Shown here one piece after another: positions 1 through 12,200 of a stretch of DNA of 64,000 bases. Numbering within the stretch: position 1 is the stretch's first letter; each line of letters starts with the position of its first letter. Below the pieces are notes generated by a model. That model was given only the letters and a program-made list of their open reading frames with translations. It was not told the DNA's origin and made no database searches. Both the position numbers and the translations under genes were made by a program. Origin of the DNA: Limnochordia bacterium (lineage in GTDB: Bacteria > Bacillota > Limnochordia > DTU080); NCBI GenBank assembly GCA_050951545.1, contig JBMNJG010000007.1:352001-416000 (forward strand), read 5' to 3'.

Positions 1-968
1 AACGATCGTTTGCTAAAGCCTCGTAGTGGACTGGGTTCATAGTCGAACGTTGCCCAACCATCACCACGCCTTGCCTGTTCGGCAAGCTGACGGACACCAG
101 GCACATTCACTTCTGGGGGCAGCTCAAGGACGCACTGGGGGTCTGAGAAATCCCCAGGATAGGTCTTGCCCTGTACATCCACATCAGGACACGACTGGCT
201 GTAGAATGCAGACTGATGGACATATCCACCCGTGAGTACGCCGTGGGCGTGCATACCAGCGTGAAAGACATCGTCGGCCTTCTGTACGAAGTTCACTCCG
301 GCGGTAGCGAGAAAGCGGCCCAACTCTGCGCTTGCCTCTCCCGCACGGCTGAACGAGTAATCCCACAAGCCTATCCAAGTTCGTGTCAGTGCTTCGCCCG
401 AGGCGGTCATCGTCAGCAGTTCTAGGGGCCAGCGCTGCTGCACGGTAGCTGGTGGCGATGACGATAGGGTGCGGTGCTCCAGTGAGAGGGAGATATAGGC
501 CTGTTCGCTGTCGAGTGCTTCCGGCGCCGTCACGAAAAAGGATTGGGATCGCCATTCAGACTGGGGGCGCTCTCCTGGCGCGCCGACGAGGTTGCTGTTC
601 CTTACCATGAAGACATATCGGGCATGCACACGTCCAGTAGAGGAGTCCACCTCGCTCTTGAGGAGTTCGTACTGACCACTTGTCGTATGGACAACGGTTC
701 CTGCGGGCAGATCGAACTCAAGGACTATCGAATGGAAGTCGCTGGTCCGAACGTCTTGGCTTGCCTGTAGCATTAAGGTCAGTGGTTGGGTGTGACCGGC
801 AATCAAGCGCACAGGCGTCCCCGGGTTTAGTGAGGCCGGGATAAGAAGCGGTCGCCATGTAGCAGAACCGCTGGCTGCCTCAACTCGCGAACTGCATGCG
901 AATATAGCCCAGATCATGCTTGACGCACACATCAGTATCAGTAGCTCCTTGGCTGTCCTCGTGACCAT
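1..968 (-). CDS. Partial secreted hypothetical protein (runs off the left edge), possibly carbohydrate-active
   Basis: Hand translation gives an open frame from ATG 968 (or GTG 980) to the window edge: MVTRTAKELLILMCASSMIWAIFACSSRVEAASG...WATFDYEPSPLRGFSKRS. Signal-peptide-like N-terminus and AAAGGAG upstream. Absent from the ORF track because it has no stop in the window. Confidence 0.7.
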   Translation of the reverse strand, partial: MVTRTAKELLILMCASSMIWAIFACSSRVEAASGSATWRPLLIPASLNPGTPVRLIAGHTQPLTLMLQASQDVRTSDFHSIVLEFDLPAGTVVHTTSGQYELLKSEVDSSTGRVHARYVFMVRNSNLVGAPGERPQSEWRSQSFFVTAPEALDSEQAYISLSLEHRTLSSSPPATVQQRWPLELLTMTASGEALTRTWIGLWDYSFSRAGEASAELGRFLATAGVNFVQKADDVFHAGMHAHGVLTGGYVHQSAFYSQSCPDVDVQGKTYPGDFSDPQCVLELPPEVNVPGVRQLAEQARRGDGWATFDYEPSPLRGFSKRS

Positions 969-1186
969 TCTCTCATACACGCTCCTTTCGGTTGTATCGG
1001 CTCATGGTAGTAATCCGCTCTTGCAGCTACTACTCCTGTTTGCCGCGCAAGCACAAGGGAGTAGTCGGAAATAAGTACAAAAAAGCTGGATATGGCGCAG
1101 GGAATCAAGGGCCCAATAGGCAATAACCATTGATAAGGGAACGGAATACACGGCCTAGCCAGAACCAATGTAAAGGAGCGAATGAA

Positions 1187-2458
1187 ATGGGAATGAGTGG
1201 AGGGCAAAGACAACCACTGGGTCTGCTTTTTCTAGTCGTCGCGCTGGTGACGCTGATGGGGGCGGCATGGCCTGTGTGCGCCGAAAAACAGGTCACATTG
1301 ACTTGGTATGTCATACGCACGGAAGCCGAACTACCGTATTGGCAGGAGATGGCGGACCGCTTTATGGAGCGGAATAAGGAACTCATGGTCAACGTAATGA
1401 ACGAGCTGAGCGGGGGCGTCGCCAAGCTGACCACTATGATCGCTGCTGGCGTGGCCCCGGATATTGTGCGTGGGGAGACCAACTGGATGCCAGACTATGC
1501 AGGGAAAGGTTGGTTCGTCAATCTAGAGCCCTATGTAGCTCGCGATCGGGCTCAGCTCAAACTTCAGGAGTTTCCGAAACCCACTCTTGATGCCTTCATG
1601 CTCGACGGCCTTCAGTATGCGATTCCACAGGTGGTCTCCGGTCTGGCATACAACTACAACACTGCCATGTTTGAGAATGCTGGTGTAAGTGCGCCTGAGG
1701 CCGGCTGGGCATGGGCTGATCTCGTCAACGTATCCAAGCGCTTGACACGCGAGGATGCTGATGGGCGTATCACGCAGTACGGTTTGAGTCTGGGGCGTTC
1801 TATACATCATGACATCTACGCTTTCATGCTGCAGAACGGTGGTGATCACTTCACTGCGGATAGGCGCGAGATCCTCATTGACCGTCCTGAGTCTGTTGAA
1901 GCGATTGACTTTGCTCAGTCGCTAGTTAACCAGCACAGAGTCGCTGGTTGGGGTGCGGATTTTGTCGCAGGCAAAGCAGCAGCTCAGATCATCGGGCCAT
2001 GGCGCAGGGGCCACCACAACACGGTGAAAGAACTGCAGTGGGATGTGGCACCCTTGCCGCGGCAGAAACAGGCTATCACGCCTCTCTACGTAGGTGGCCT
2101 GGCCATACTGGCTGAGAGCAAGAATCACGAAGATGCCTGGGAACTGGTAAAGTATCTTACTGGCACAGAGGCTCAGCATATCTGGGCGAAAAACGGACAG
2201 TCTTGCCCGGCGCGTCTCCCGGTCGCAGGAAGTGCCTCTTTCCTGAAGGCTGGCCCTCCCGCGCATGCGATGGTCTACGTCGATTCCATCAACATGGGTG
2301 TTCCAGAGCCGTCCTTCCCAGGGTGGCCCGACATTCGAGCTGCTATTGATAGAGTGCTTGGCTCGGTGTGGAATGGTCAGACTCCGGCACGTGTCGCGGC
2401 TGAACAGGCCAAGGCGGTGGCCCAGCCAATGCTCGATGAACTCAACAAGGCCAGGTGA
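1187..2458 (+). CDS. Carbohydrate ABC transporter substrate-binding protein
   Basis: Signal peptide plus family-1 SBP motifs (IAAGVAPDI, YAIP, YNYNTAMFENAGV, AWELVKYLT). RBS AAAGGAG before ATG 1187. Confidence 0.9.
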   Translation: MGMSGGQRQPLGLLFLVVALVTLMGAAWPVCAEKQVTLTWYVIRTEAELPYWQEMADRFMERNKELMVNVMNELSGGVAKLTTMIAAGVAPDIVRGETNWMPDYAGKGWFVNLEPYVARDRAQLKLQEFPKPTLDAFMLDGLQYAIPQVVSGLAYNYNTAMFENAGVSAPEAGWAWADLVNVSKRLTREDADGRITQYGLSLGRSIHHDIYAFMLQNGGDHFTADRREILIDRPESVEAIDFAQSLVNQHRVAGWGADFVAGKAAAQIIGPWRRGHHNTVKELQWDVAPLPRQKQAITPLYVGGLAILAESKNHEDAWELVKYLTGTEAQHIWAKNGQSCPARLPVAGSASFLKAGPPAHAMVYVDSINMGVPEPSFPGWPDIRAAIDRVLGSVWNGQTPARVAAEQAKAVAQPMLDELNKAR

Positions 2459-2482
2459 CTGGCTCGGTCTGCGTGAATAAGC

Positions 2483-2517
2483 GAAGACGCTGCGCGCTTT
2501 CTCCGCGCAGCGTCTTC
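2483..2517. terminator. Hairpin between convergent genes
   Basis: GAAGACGCTGCGCG / CGCGCAGCGTCTTC perfect 14-bp inverted repeat. Confidence 0.7.
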
Positions 2518-2548
2518 CCACGTGTAGGTGAGCAAACGTCGGAGCTGC

Positions 2549-2899
2549 TTACGCACTGAGTTTCTTGGCAGAGTCATGTCCGCTGAGTAGCACCCATAGA
2601 GAGAGAACAACGGACAATGCGCCAGTAATGATGGCGCTCCAAAACATCTCGGATGCAATGACGATAAGTGCTGGGGAGATAGCCATCCACAATCCGGCGA
2701 GTCCAGTTACCCACTGCAACCACGATGCCTTCGGGGCTCGCAGTGCCCACAGGGAGCCTACCAACACCACAATGCCGACAATCCAGGCGTTCCATGAGCT
2801 GACAGAGTCACCTGTTACACCGATCGCCCAAGGGGATACGAAAAGCCACAATCCTGCTGCGCTCTTGACCCAGTCTTGCCATCGGCTCTGCGAATCCAT
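2549..2899 (-). CDS. SPW-repeat small membrane protein
   Basis: WQDW...GLWLFVSPW and GLWMAISP repeats, four hydrophobic segments, AAGGAGG RBS. Confidence 0.85.
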   Translation of the reverse strand: MDSQSRWQDWVKSAAGLWLFVSPWAIGVTGDSVSSWNAWIVGIVVLVGSLWALRAPKASWLQWVTGLAGLWMAISPALIVIASEMFWSAIITGALSVVLSLWVLLSGHDSAKKLSA

Positions 2900-2949
2900 G
2901 CTATGGTGCCTCCTTTTTCTGCCGTAGTGATACGGCTCTATGCATTTGC

Positions 2950-2978
2950 ATTGTATGGCAACGGTGCAAAAGAGTCAA
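2950..2978 (-). promoter_or_regulatory. SigmaA-type promoter of the SPW gene
   Basis: TTGACT-17 nt-TACAAT on the minus strand. Confidence 0.7.
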
Positions 2979-3161
2979 ACATTTTTGCTCCTCCGGTCGT
3001 CCACGATCGAGAGTGGTCCATGGTAGAGGATCCGACACTCGTGCATTCACCTAAGAGTACGTAGACAGTGGTGCTGGTAGACCTCTACAGGAGGGAATGC
3101 ACCCGAGCACCGCCACACAAGTAATAATTAAATGCTTAGTAAGCACGCCTGTTGATTTGCG

Positions 3162-3190
3162 TTGACAAGTGCATATCACGAAGGTATGAT
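3162..3190 (+). promoter_or_regulatory. SigmaA-type promoter of the giant TpsA operon
   Basis: TTGACA-17 nt-TATGAT about 90 nt upstream of the start. Confidence 0.8.
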
Positions 3191-3279
3191 CTATCTATCA
3201 TGATGGGCATTTCCCTTCCGTTAGGGCTGGTGAAGGGATTTCGCGGACTGTCTGTTACCATGGATGGCAGGGGGTTCGT

Positions 3280-6200
3280 TTGATGGGAACTCATGGCTCT
3301 TGGCAAAGGCTGACGAAGCTCGGGGTGTCGGCTATCAGGCGACGATGGTGCCGAAAGAGAACACGGACGCTGGTTAGGCAGCTGATTACATACATGGTGA
3401 GCCTGTCAGTCGTCTTCGGAAACTCAGCATTCGTTATCACTGACATAGCCAGAGCGGCACAGATAGTACCTGATGGGCAGACTGCAACCCGGGTTGTGGT
3501 TGGTGGAGATGCCATTGATGTCACCACGACCACAGTGTATGGGCAGAGTGCCTTGAACTCCTTCGGGGTCTTCGACATCGATGGAGGGGATGTGGTCAAT
3601 CTTCACCTGCCATCAGGTGCGCACAATATTCTAAATCTAGTACATTCACGGACCTCCCACATTGATGGAGTTCTGAATTCACTACAAGATGGTAGAGTGG
3701 GCGGGAATGTATATTTTCTGAATCCTTACGGGCTGGTCGTAGGAACACAAGGGGTGCTGAATGTGGGCGGGCTGACGGTCGTCACCCCACCCCCGGTGTT
3801 TATGCAGCAGTTCTTCAGAGATCCCAGTACCTCGGTCTCGCGTGTTTTGTCTGGCGATACCGGGGTTCACAGTGAGGGGATCATCGAGATACGTGGTGAG
3901 ATCAACTCCACCCATGGGATAGCGCTGAATGCTGGAGAGGTGGTGGCCACTGGCCACCTGGCCGTTGACATTACGAAGAGCCCAGTCTTCGATGACCTTG
4001 TCAACCCTGGTGATCTGGAGATCGGAGATGAGATCCGGATCACGAACGGGAGCATCGAGATCGTAGCGGTGGGTGATATCACGAACAGCGCCGAGATATC
4101 GACATATGGTCATGACGATATCGATGCGGGAGACATAACGATTGAGGCTGGCGGCAACATCGTATTGGGCAGCACATCGGCCATTGTCGCAGCGGGCCAA
4201 GGCGCGAATTCCTCAGGCGGCGATGTCACAGTCAGCGCTGCCGGGAGCATCACGGCCGCTGAGGGTAGTGTGGTCGATGCCCGGGGTGGAGTCGCAGATT
4301 CGTTTGGCGGAAGCATTCGCCTGGTAGCGGCAGAACGGATAGAGGCGGCAGGAGAAGTGTACGGTGGATCGTCGTATGTGCTGCCTGCAGAGCCGGAGGA
4401 TATTCCAGAGCGCTCTGGGGCCATATCCCTGACGGCTCCTGAGATCACTGTGAGCGGGATCATAAACGCCGGCTCTGATGATTTCGGCATCTCGAGCGGC
4501 GATGTTTTCCTCACTGCTGAGCGCCCAGACGGCGGAGTGGCTAGCATCCGCCTCGATGGGGCTGAGGTGACTGGTCACAGCATTTCTGCCAAGGCGGTCT
4601 CAACGGTATCCGACGATTCGGCCGCGGGTATCGTACAGCGCAGCGCGGCGGCAACGATTGACATCATGTCATCTGACTCTGATCGGTATACGTGGTTAAT
4701 GGCTGACCGAGATATTAGCATTCTCGCGGAGAGCAATGTGTCATTGACTATATCGCCCGACACTGAGTCTGATGATTCCTATGATGCGGCGTATGCTATT
4801 TCGGGAGTTGACAGTACTTCGAGGGTCCATATCGGTGGTTACTCGTTCATCGAGGCCGTGGGTGATCTGGAGGTAGGTGCGAAAAACACCGTCGCCATTA
4901 CGTCCAGTGCTACTGCGGTGCCGGATGCGAATGGAGACGACTATGTCGGCGGTTCTGTGGCCGTGAACAAGCTCACAACCCTGACAGAGGCGTTGATCAG
5001 TGGTGATGCGGAAATCTACGCATCCTCAGTCGCGGTAACAGCCACGTCAGATAATACGGTCACCACTACCGCCATAGCCCCCTCGCAGGGAGCCAGAGAA
5101 GACGCTTCCGAGGATCCGCAGCAACAGAGCCAGATGAAGAAGAGCCTCAATGAATACCGCGACGATGCCAAGACAAGCGAGGGCGAAGTAACGGTTGCCG
5201 CGGCCTTGGCCATCAATGATGTAGTCAGCACCACTCGAGCCGGGCTGGAGTCGAATTGGCGGGCGAACACGTATGGCCGAGTCGACGTTGTCAGCAACTC
5301 TATTTATAACTCATCTGTAACCGCCGACGCCAGCACGGTTGGCCAGGGTAGCGATGGAATTGGTGCAGCAGTAGGCATCAATAGGGTTTCTTCGAAAAAT
5401 GCGGCACTGATAAGTTCCGGGGTTACCGCCTTTGACGGCATTTCCGTCGTTGCCAAGATGAATGATGACACCCCGGAGAATCAGAAACGGGCAAAGATGG
5501 ACACTGTGGTGGTCTCGGGCGCTGGATCCGGTGATACCGGGGTGGCTGGCGCCCTGGCAGTGAATGTGCAGCACACTGACAGTGCCGCGTACATCAATCA
5601 AGATGCTGCTACCGCTGACGGTAGCATTGACATGCTGTCTCTCAATCTCTCTGAGAACTCGGTCAAGGCCAGCCCAGGGAGATCAGCGGATGATGTCACC
5701 GGCGGGATAGGCGCCTCAGTAGCGGTAAACGTCGCAGTCAACTCGTCCAGTGCAGGAGTAGCTGACGATGCAATGGTGACGTACTTGTCTGCGGGGGGCG
5801 GTATGATACCTGTCAGCATAGCCAGGCAGTTAGCGCCCGAGAGTCCGGTACCCAATTTTGCGCCTAGCGCGCGAGGTGTCAACATCACAGCCTCCAGCGA
5901 TCACATCGTGACTACAGAGGCGGAGGCAGGTGCTGTCGGCGGCACGGCTGTGACACCCGCGGTCGCGCTGTCTCTTGTTGAAACCGCTACGAAGGCGGAA
6001 ATGGGGTCGGCCTCGAGCGATGTCTGGAATTCGACGCTGTATGTTGACGGGGATCTATCGGTTGAGGCCGAAAGCAAGGAGAGCATCACCACTACAGCCA
6101 AGGGCAGCAGTGATGCAGAGTCGGCAGCCATTGGTACTGCTCTCGCCATCTCCTTGGTAGACAGCACTTCAGAAGCTATCATCCAACGTAGCATCAATGC

Positions 6201-9200
6201 AGGCGGCGAGGTGACCATCGGCGCCCAAAGCATGGGTGCGACAAGCACATCAGCCACAGCCAGCGCTAGGGGCGGCAAGGCAAAGGATGCCTCGACGCCG
6301 GAGGACGGGGTCGACAAGAAAGTTGGAGAACAGACCGCTCTGGCTCAGAAGAAGCGCGATGGGACCAAGGGCGAGGACGATGAGTCGGATGCTGACAATG
6401 GGCGCAAAAAGACACCCTCGGCCGAGACAAGCGAGGGCAAGGCCAGCGTAGCGGCAGCCGTGGGCGTCAACGCGGTCACTTCCACTACCAGCGCCCGGGT
6501 GGCCGACGACGTGAACGTAACCGTCGGTGGCGGCTTGGAATTGACCTCAGCCGCCAATACCGACACATCGGTGAAGGCTGATGGTAGCACTGTGGATGGG
6601 AATCGTAGCGGCGTCGGTGTTGGGGCAGCGGTGGCCATCAACCAAGCGACACTGGTGAATGAAGCTTACCTTGGCAGTGGAGATCATTTCGTTCACGGTC
6701 TGACGATTGAGGCCAAGACGTTGGAGGCCGGGAGCGGGGAATCAGGCGATAGGGAAAACACACATTCCGCAGAGGCCATCTCCGGAGCGGGGGCCTCGAG
6801 AGTAGGCGTAGCTGGCTCACTGGCTCTCAATCTAACCGACAGTCGCACGGCAGCTCGGATAGGGGAAGATGCCGTAGTTGTGAGTGATCGTGCCGACGCG
6901 ACCTTGTCGGCGGCTGACCGCTCGAGGAATATCGCCAAGGCCGTGCCCACCAAGAGTGAGGCGGCGGGAGATAAGACTGGTGTTGGAGCCTCCGTCGCGG
7001 TGAACGTGGCCCTTGGGGAGACTCTGGCCGAACTAGCGGATGAAGCTTACATTGTGATCGTGGAGGCGGCTATGGGCCTGTCGGCTACAGGCGACCACGC
7101 TATGGAGACCGTGGCACAGGCTGGGGCCGAAGGTGGCGTGGCAGTCACGCCAGCCGCTGCGCTATCGGTATCGGAACATGCTACGGTGGCCCGGTTGGGA
7201 ACCCCAATGATCGACACTGGCGAACCCGAAGTCACGATCATTACGGGCGATCTCACTGTCGAGGCGCAAAGCAAGGAGAGCATCACCACCACAGCTAAGG
7301 GCAGCAGTGATGCAGAGTCGGCAGCCATTGGTGCTGCTCTGGCCATCTCCTTGGTAGACAGCACTTCAGAGGCTATCACCGAACGTGGCATCCATGCGGG
7401 CGGCGAGGTGACCATCGGCGCCCAAAGCATGGGCACGACAAGCACATCAGCGACAGCCAGCGCTAAGGGTGGCAAGGAAAAGGATGCCTCGACGCCGGAG
7501 GACGGGGTCGACAAGAAAGTTGGAGAACAGACCGCTCTGGCTCAGAAGAAGCGGGGCGAGACCAAGGGCGAAGACGATGCCGATGACCCCGCCGACGAGT
7601 CAGATGGTGACAATGGGGGTAAACAGGCACCCTCGGCCGAGACAAGCGAGGGCCAGGTCAGTGTGGCCGCTGCCGTGGGTATCAACATCGTTACTTCCAC
7701 CACAAGGGCCCGGGCGGCTGATGGTGTGGATGTGACAGCTGGTGGCGATCTAAAACTGAGCTCAGCCGCCAATACCGACACATCGGTGAAGGCTGATGGT
7801 AGCACCGTAGACGGGAACAACAGCGGCGCAGGTATTGGGGCAGCGGTGGCCATCAACCAAGCGATCTTGGTTAACGAGGCTTATCTTGGCACGGGTGATC
7901 ATCTTGTCAACGGCCTGACGATTGAAGCCAAGACGTTGGAGACGGGGGCTGGAAAAGCCCGAGATGAGGAAAACAAGCATTCCGCGGAGGCTGTCTCCGG
8001 AGCTGGGTCCTCGAAGATCGGGGTAGCTGGCTCACTGGCTATCAATCTAGGCGACAGCCGAATGGCAGCTCGGATAGGGGAAGACGCTGCCGTCACAGTC
8101 ATGGATGGCGACGTGAGCTTGACGGCCGCCGATCGCTCAAGGAATGTGGCCAAGGCCCTGCCCACCAAAAGCGAGGTATCCGGAGAGAAAGCAGGCGTCG
8201 GAGCCTCCGTCGCGGTGAACGTGGCCCTTGGGGAGACTCTGGCCGAGCTAGCAGATCGGGTCGACGTCACCGCTTCCTCTATGAGCCTGTCGGCTACAGG
8301 AGACCACGGTATGGAGACCGTGGCGCAGGCCGGGGCGGCGGGTGGTGTGGCAGTCACGCCAGCCGCGGCGCTATCGGTATCGGAACATGCTACGGTGGCC
8401 CGGTTGGGAACCCTAATGATCGATACTGGCGAACCCGAAGTCACGATCATTACGGGCGATCTCACTGTCAAGGCGCAAAGCAAGGAGAGCATCACCACTA
8501 CGGCCAAGGGCAGCAGCGACGCGGAGACGGCAGCCATTGGTGCTGCTCTCGCCATTTCCTTGGCAAACAGCACTGCAGAAGCTGTTGTCGAACGCAGTAT
8601 TGGCACAGCTGGCAAGGCGACTATCCAGGCTACGAGCACTGGAGCGACACACACATCAGCCATAGCCAGTGCCAAGGGCGGTAGGGAAGAGGATGCCTCG
8701 ACGCCCGAAGATGGGGTCGACAAGAAAGTTGGAGAACAGACCGCTCTGGCTCAGAAGAAGCGGGCTGAGACCAAGGGCGAAGACGACGCTAATGAGTCGG
8801 ATGACCCCGCCGACGAGTCAGATGGTGACAATGGGGGTAAACAGGCCCCCTCGGCCGAGACTAGTGAGGGCAAGGCTAGCGTAGCGGCAGCCGTGGGCGT
8901 CAACCTGGTCACTTCCACTACCAGCGCCCGGGTGGCCGACGACGTGAACGTAACCGCCGGTGGCGGCCTGAAATTGAGCTCAGCTGCCAATACAGACACA
9001 TCAGTAAGGGCTGATGGCAGCACTGTGGATGGGAATCGCAGCGACGTCGGTGTCGGAGCGGCAGTGGCCATCAACCAAGCGACACAGAGAAACGAGGCCT
9101 ATCTAGGCACCGGGACCCATTCTGCCAACGGCCTGGCGGTTGAGGCCAAGACGTTGGAGACTGGGAGCGGGGAATCGGGCGATAAGGACAACACGCATTC

Positions 9201-12200
9201 TGCGGAGGCCGTCTCAGGAGCCGGGGCCTCGAAGGTAGGCGTGGCTGGCTCACTGGCCATCAACCTCACCGACAGCCGCACGGCAGCTCGGATAGGGGAA
9301 GAAGCCATAGTTGGAGGCCAGGGTGGCGACGTAAGCTTGTTGGCGGTTGACCGCTCGACGAATATCGCCAAGGCCTCGCCCACCAAGGGCGAGGTATCGG
9401 GGGAGAAGGCAGGCGTAGGGGCCTCCGTCGCGATGAACGTGGTTCTTGGGGAGACCCTGGCTGAGCTAGCGGATGGAGCCGACATCACAGCTTCCTCGAT
9501 GAGTTTGTCGGCTACAGGGGACCACGGTACGAAGACAGAGGCGCTGGCCGGGGCAGCTGGGGGTGTGGCCGTCACGCCTGTGGTGGCCATAGCGGTGTCC
9601 GACCAAAAGACCGCGGTGGCCACGGGGCGGGGATCCGATATTTCGGTGAAGACTGGCCTCAGCCTGCAGTCAAGGCACATAAGCAGTGTGACGACCCTGG
9701 CCGACGGCAATAGTGAGGCCACTAGCGTGGCAGTGGGGGCGGCGGTAGCCCTGGCATTCGTCACAGACAGCTCCGAAGCGAGACTCGCCGGGGCTGTGGA
9801 ATCCGCAGGCGATGTGAGTCTTGAGGCACGCCAGGCAACTAGCAGCACGACTTCCGCCAAAGCCAACCTCGAAGGCGGCAAAGAGGAAGACGAAAAGACG
9901 CCCGAGGATGGTGTCGATAGAAAGCTTCAGGAGCAGACTGATCTTGCCCAGAAGAAGAAGGATGAGGCCCAAAGGGGCGATGCGGGCGGTCCGTCGGTGC
10001 TTTCAGATGAGTTAGAAAGCCTGCCCTCTGCCCAGACCGATGAGGGCAAGGTCAGCGTTGCTGGGGCAATTAGTGCCAATGTCTCTACGTCCTCGGTCAG
10101 GGCCTATACAGCCGATGGTGCCAGTGTGGAAGCTGAAGGTAGCTTCAGTATTGGCTCCCTAGGGAGCTACGACGCATCAGCCACGGCTGACGGTAGCGCT
10201 GTGGACGGCAGCCGTACCAATGTGGGTGTGGGGGCAGCGGTGGCCGTAAACAAGGTGACATCCGCAAATGAGGCTTACTTGGGTAGTGGGCAGTATGTTG
10301 TAGCCAAGGGGATCACGATTCAGGCTGGAATGATGCCGAAGGCATACGCCACGTCTGTCGCCGAGGCGATATCTGGCGCGGGATCAGAGAAGGTGGGGGT
10401 TGCTGGGTCTTTGGCTCTCCACATTGCTGACAGCGTCACCGTCGCCCAGATACGGGAAGGGGCCGTCGTCGAGGCCAACGACACGGATGTTGTCTTAATC
10501 GCAGAGGGCCGGTCGGGCCGCGGCACTCGAGCCTCCCCGGGCGAAGGAGGATCCAGCGGCGGCTCTGTTGGCGTTGGGGCGTCAGTTGCCATACTGAGTC
10601 TTGCCGACACGACTGAGGCTGGCGTGGAGGAAGCTGCGGATCTTTCCGGTGCGAGGAACCTCACGATCAGTGCCTCTTCGGACCACGACTCAGAGACAGA
10701 GGCCCGAGCTGGAGCTTCGGGCGGCGTAGCCATTGACTCTGTGGTCGGCTTGACCACGATCAGTCAACGCACGCGGGCATCCATTGGTGCGGGCAGTCTC
10801 CTTTCGACGTCCGGCGGTGTTAGTCTCCATGCCGTTGATACGGGCGACAATGGCGTGACGGCCATAGGGGATACAGAATCGGGTAACGTCGGAGTCGGTT
10901 CTTCGGTGGCCTTGATCACTACGGATAGCGATATCAGCGCCGTCGTCGATAGGGATCTGGGCGTGGCAGGGGACATCGATGTAGTCGCCAGTGCCACACG
11001 CAGATATGAGACCACTGCTTCCGCGAGTGCCAAGGGCGCAACGGATACAACCGGCGGAGAGCCCAAGAACACGAGCTCCAAGGCTCTCGATGACAATCAG
11101 GATGCGCAGCAGGGCACCCGGGACGATGGCAAAGTGCTGGCGGCAGCAGCCGTGGCCATCTCGTACATCGATGATGACGTCAGGGCCGCGATCTACGGTG
11201 GGACAGCCAGCGATGAGAGACGGGTCATCGATACGGCTGGAAATGTCCAGGTCAATGCCGTGAACCTTACCAACTTCAGTTCTCGGGCTGACGGCTCCAC
11301 CGCAAGTCTCGAGACCACAACAGGGCTCAGCAATGGTGTCGCCTTGAGTATCCTCAGGAACGATACCGAGGCGCTGATCGGGGATTACAGCTCCGTATCG
11401 GGTGCGAACGACATCTCCGTCAGTGCGGTATCTGAGTCCAATACCGACGCTGCATACCGCGACAAGTTGGCGGCGGAGGCTCTTTCCGGATCTGGGGCGA
11501 AAAAAGCGGGCGTAGCAGGAGCCTTGGCAGTGACGTATTCATCTGCCTCGACAAACGCCTACATTGGCCACGCCACCGATCTCGATGACGTAGGGGACGT
11601 GCTTATCTCCTCGGACAACACCAGCAAGCTCTCAGCTAAGGCCTGGGGCGGTGCCGCGGCCAAGGTGGGTGTTGGGGCTTCGGTAGCCACCATCGTGTCA
11701 GAGAATGAATACCGTGCCTACCTAGGAGATGACGTATTGGCCCGGGTCGGGAGCCTGGATATCCGCACCCGAAACCACAGGATTCATGAGGATGTCCCTT
11801 TTGAGTATGAAGACTTCAAGAGCTTGAATCTGCAGGGGCTGCTTGGTGAAAGCAACTACTATACTGAGGCCCTCGCTGGCAGCGGTGGTACGCAGGTAGC
11901 GGTCACTGGATCGTATGCGGTCAATGTCCTGGACGATACTGCATCAGCTTCCATCGGATCAGGGACGATTGTCTATAGCGATGGGTCTGTCCGGATCGAT
12001 AGCCAGTACGATACGTCTGTCAGGGCGATCACTGGCGGTGTCGTCGCTTCGGGTAAGGTCGGTGTAGGTACTGCCCACACCAGTACCGTCAACTCCAGCA
12101 CCGTCTTGAGCACCCTGTTCGAGGGCGCTCACATCGCCGATGCCAGCTCTGTAGGTATCACTGCGGCTGCGGACACAGATATCGGTTCCTTTGCCGCCAG

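Noticed and set aside
2900-3280. c-di-GMP riboswitch upstream of the adhesin
   Set aside because: The GCAAAA-containing stretch lies in the spacer of the divergent SPW promoter, and no GEMM architecture could be assembled by eye.
5900-10100. CRISPR array or DGR template/variable repeats
   Set aside because: The repeats are ~1.2 kb, in-frame and protein-coding. There are no cas or reverse transcriptase genes, and the differences are not evidently adenine-specific.
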